Position numbers and translations under genes: made by a program. This document shows positions 63,242 through 64,000 of a stretch of DNA of 64,000 nucleotides, in pieces. The number at the start of each line of letters is the position of its first letter. The stretch's first letter is position 1. The DNA comes from Octopus bimaculoides. Its lineage: Eukaryota. The notes under the pieces are model-generated. The model was given only the letters and a program-made list of their open reading frames with translations, ran no database searches and was not told where the DNA came from. Where the stretch lies: the NCBI RefSeq assembly GCF_001194135.2, contig NC_068985.1, positions 17,734,224-17,798,223 on the forward strand. Reading direction: 5' to 3'.

Positions 63242-64000
63242 GGTTGGATAATCGTATAATTCGCAGTAAGAAGCCTCTCAGAGATACAGATTAAGGATGT
63301 TTGATGCTTATTGTCTCTTTACAACAAAGCCATTTGTTACGGCTCCTGTCTCTTCAGAGAAGAGTAGTGAATGTGTGGATGCTTAGATTTATATATATAT
63401 ATAAGGGATAGAATGGAGCGAGGTGGAGGGAGAAAAAGTGCAGTGGAAGCAGTGATAATGATAATTTTGATAATTATGACTAGCGGGTCCCGTGAATATT
63501 TCACAGAATTAATGGTAAACTTATTGCGTTATTCCTGAAAGCCTGAAAGCGTAGCCTATGTTGTGTCTGTATCAAGAGATAGTCACTCATCTGCTAATCA
63601 CTGAAAAGTGAAGGAAACTGGAATACAATGATTACTTAATGCATTTTATATGCTTTATGCACAATTTTGTAGACTTAAAATACACAGCACTCTCCTTCTT
63701 TCTCTGTCACTCTTCGCCTTTACTTCTTTTTCTCTCTGTTTTTTCTTTCGCTCTTCGACTTCCCTTCAACTAATCACGTGAAAACCTTATAGAGGAGATA
63801 AGTAACGGAGAAAAAAGCTTTAAAAAATTACACATTTCACTCACCACCACCTCTCCTCTCCCATTACATCCCCTTCCTCTCCCATCAACTAATCACGTGG
63901 AAGCGTTACGGACGAACTAAGTAACGGAGTGACGAGCAGAATTATTATAGGATAGGAATGAAAGTGCTCGTTCTTAAGGTATAAAAAGTAAAGTGGGATG

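Overview
Repeat-rich, AT-rich eukaryotic DNA from a gapped assembly (N runs at 2066-2504, 25442-26063, 39131-39808, 56977-57742, 58779-59159, 60053-60381). The SINE repertoire and the abundant (TA)n/(CA)n tracts look like an Octopus genome (inference). The only clear host coding sequence is one minus-strand nuclear-receptor exon at 1731-1859, encoding the first zinc finger with an atypical CEACK P-box. A CpG-poor to CpG-rich transition near 37-38 kb and a perfect minus-strand donor at 38367 suggest that about 2-38 kb is this gene's first intron. The rest is mobile-element debris: four tRNA-type/RTE-tailed SINE families; RTE, CR1/L2-like, CRE-like and Penelope retroelement fragments; Tc1, maT, rosa, mariner and pogo transposase fragments; hAT- and piggyBac-like MITEs; and a TIR element carrying SAP+SWIM coding remnants. 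The most striking signal is a set of about 10 type-I minimal hammerhead-ribozyme (HHR) motifs of the Penelope/retrozyme type. Three sequence-unrelated elements (12657-13170, 20150-20540, 31004-31222) share one architecture: a long palindrome with an outward-facing hammerhead in each arm. One of them also has a tRNA-like Pol III promoter head upstream of the ribozyme. All ribozyme calls are by-eye motif and base-pairing matches; activity is untested.
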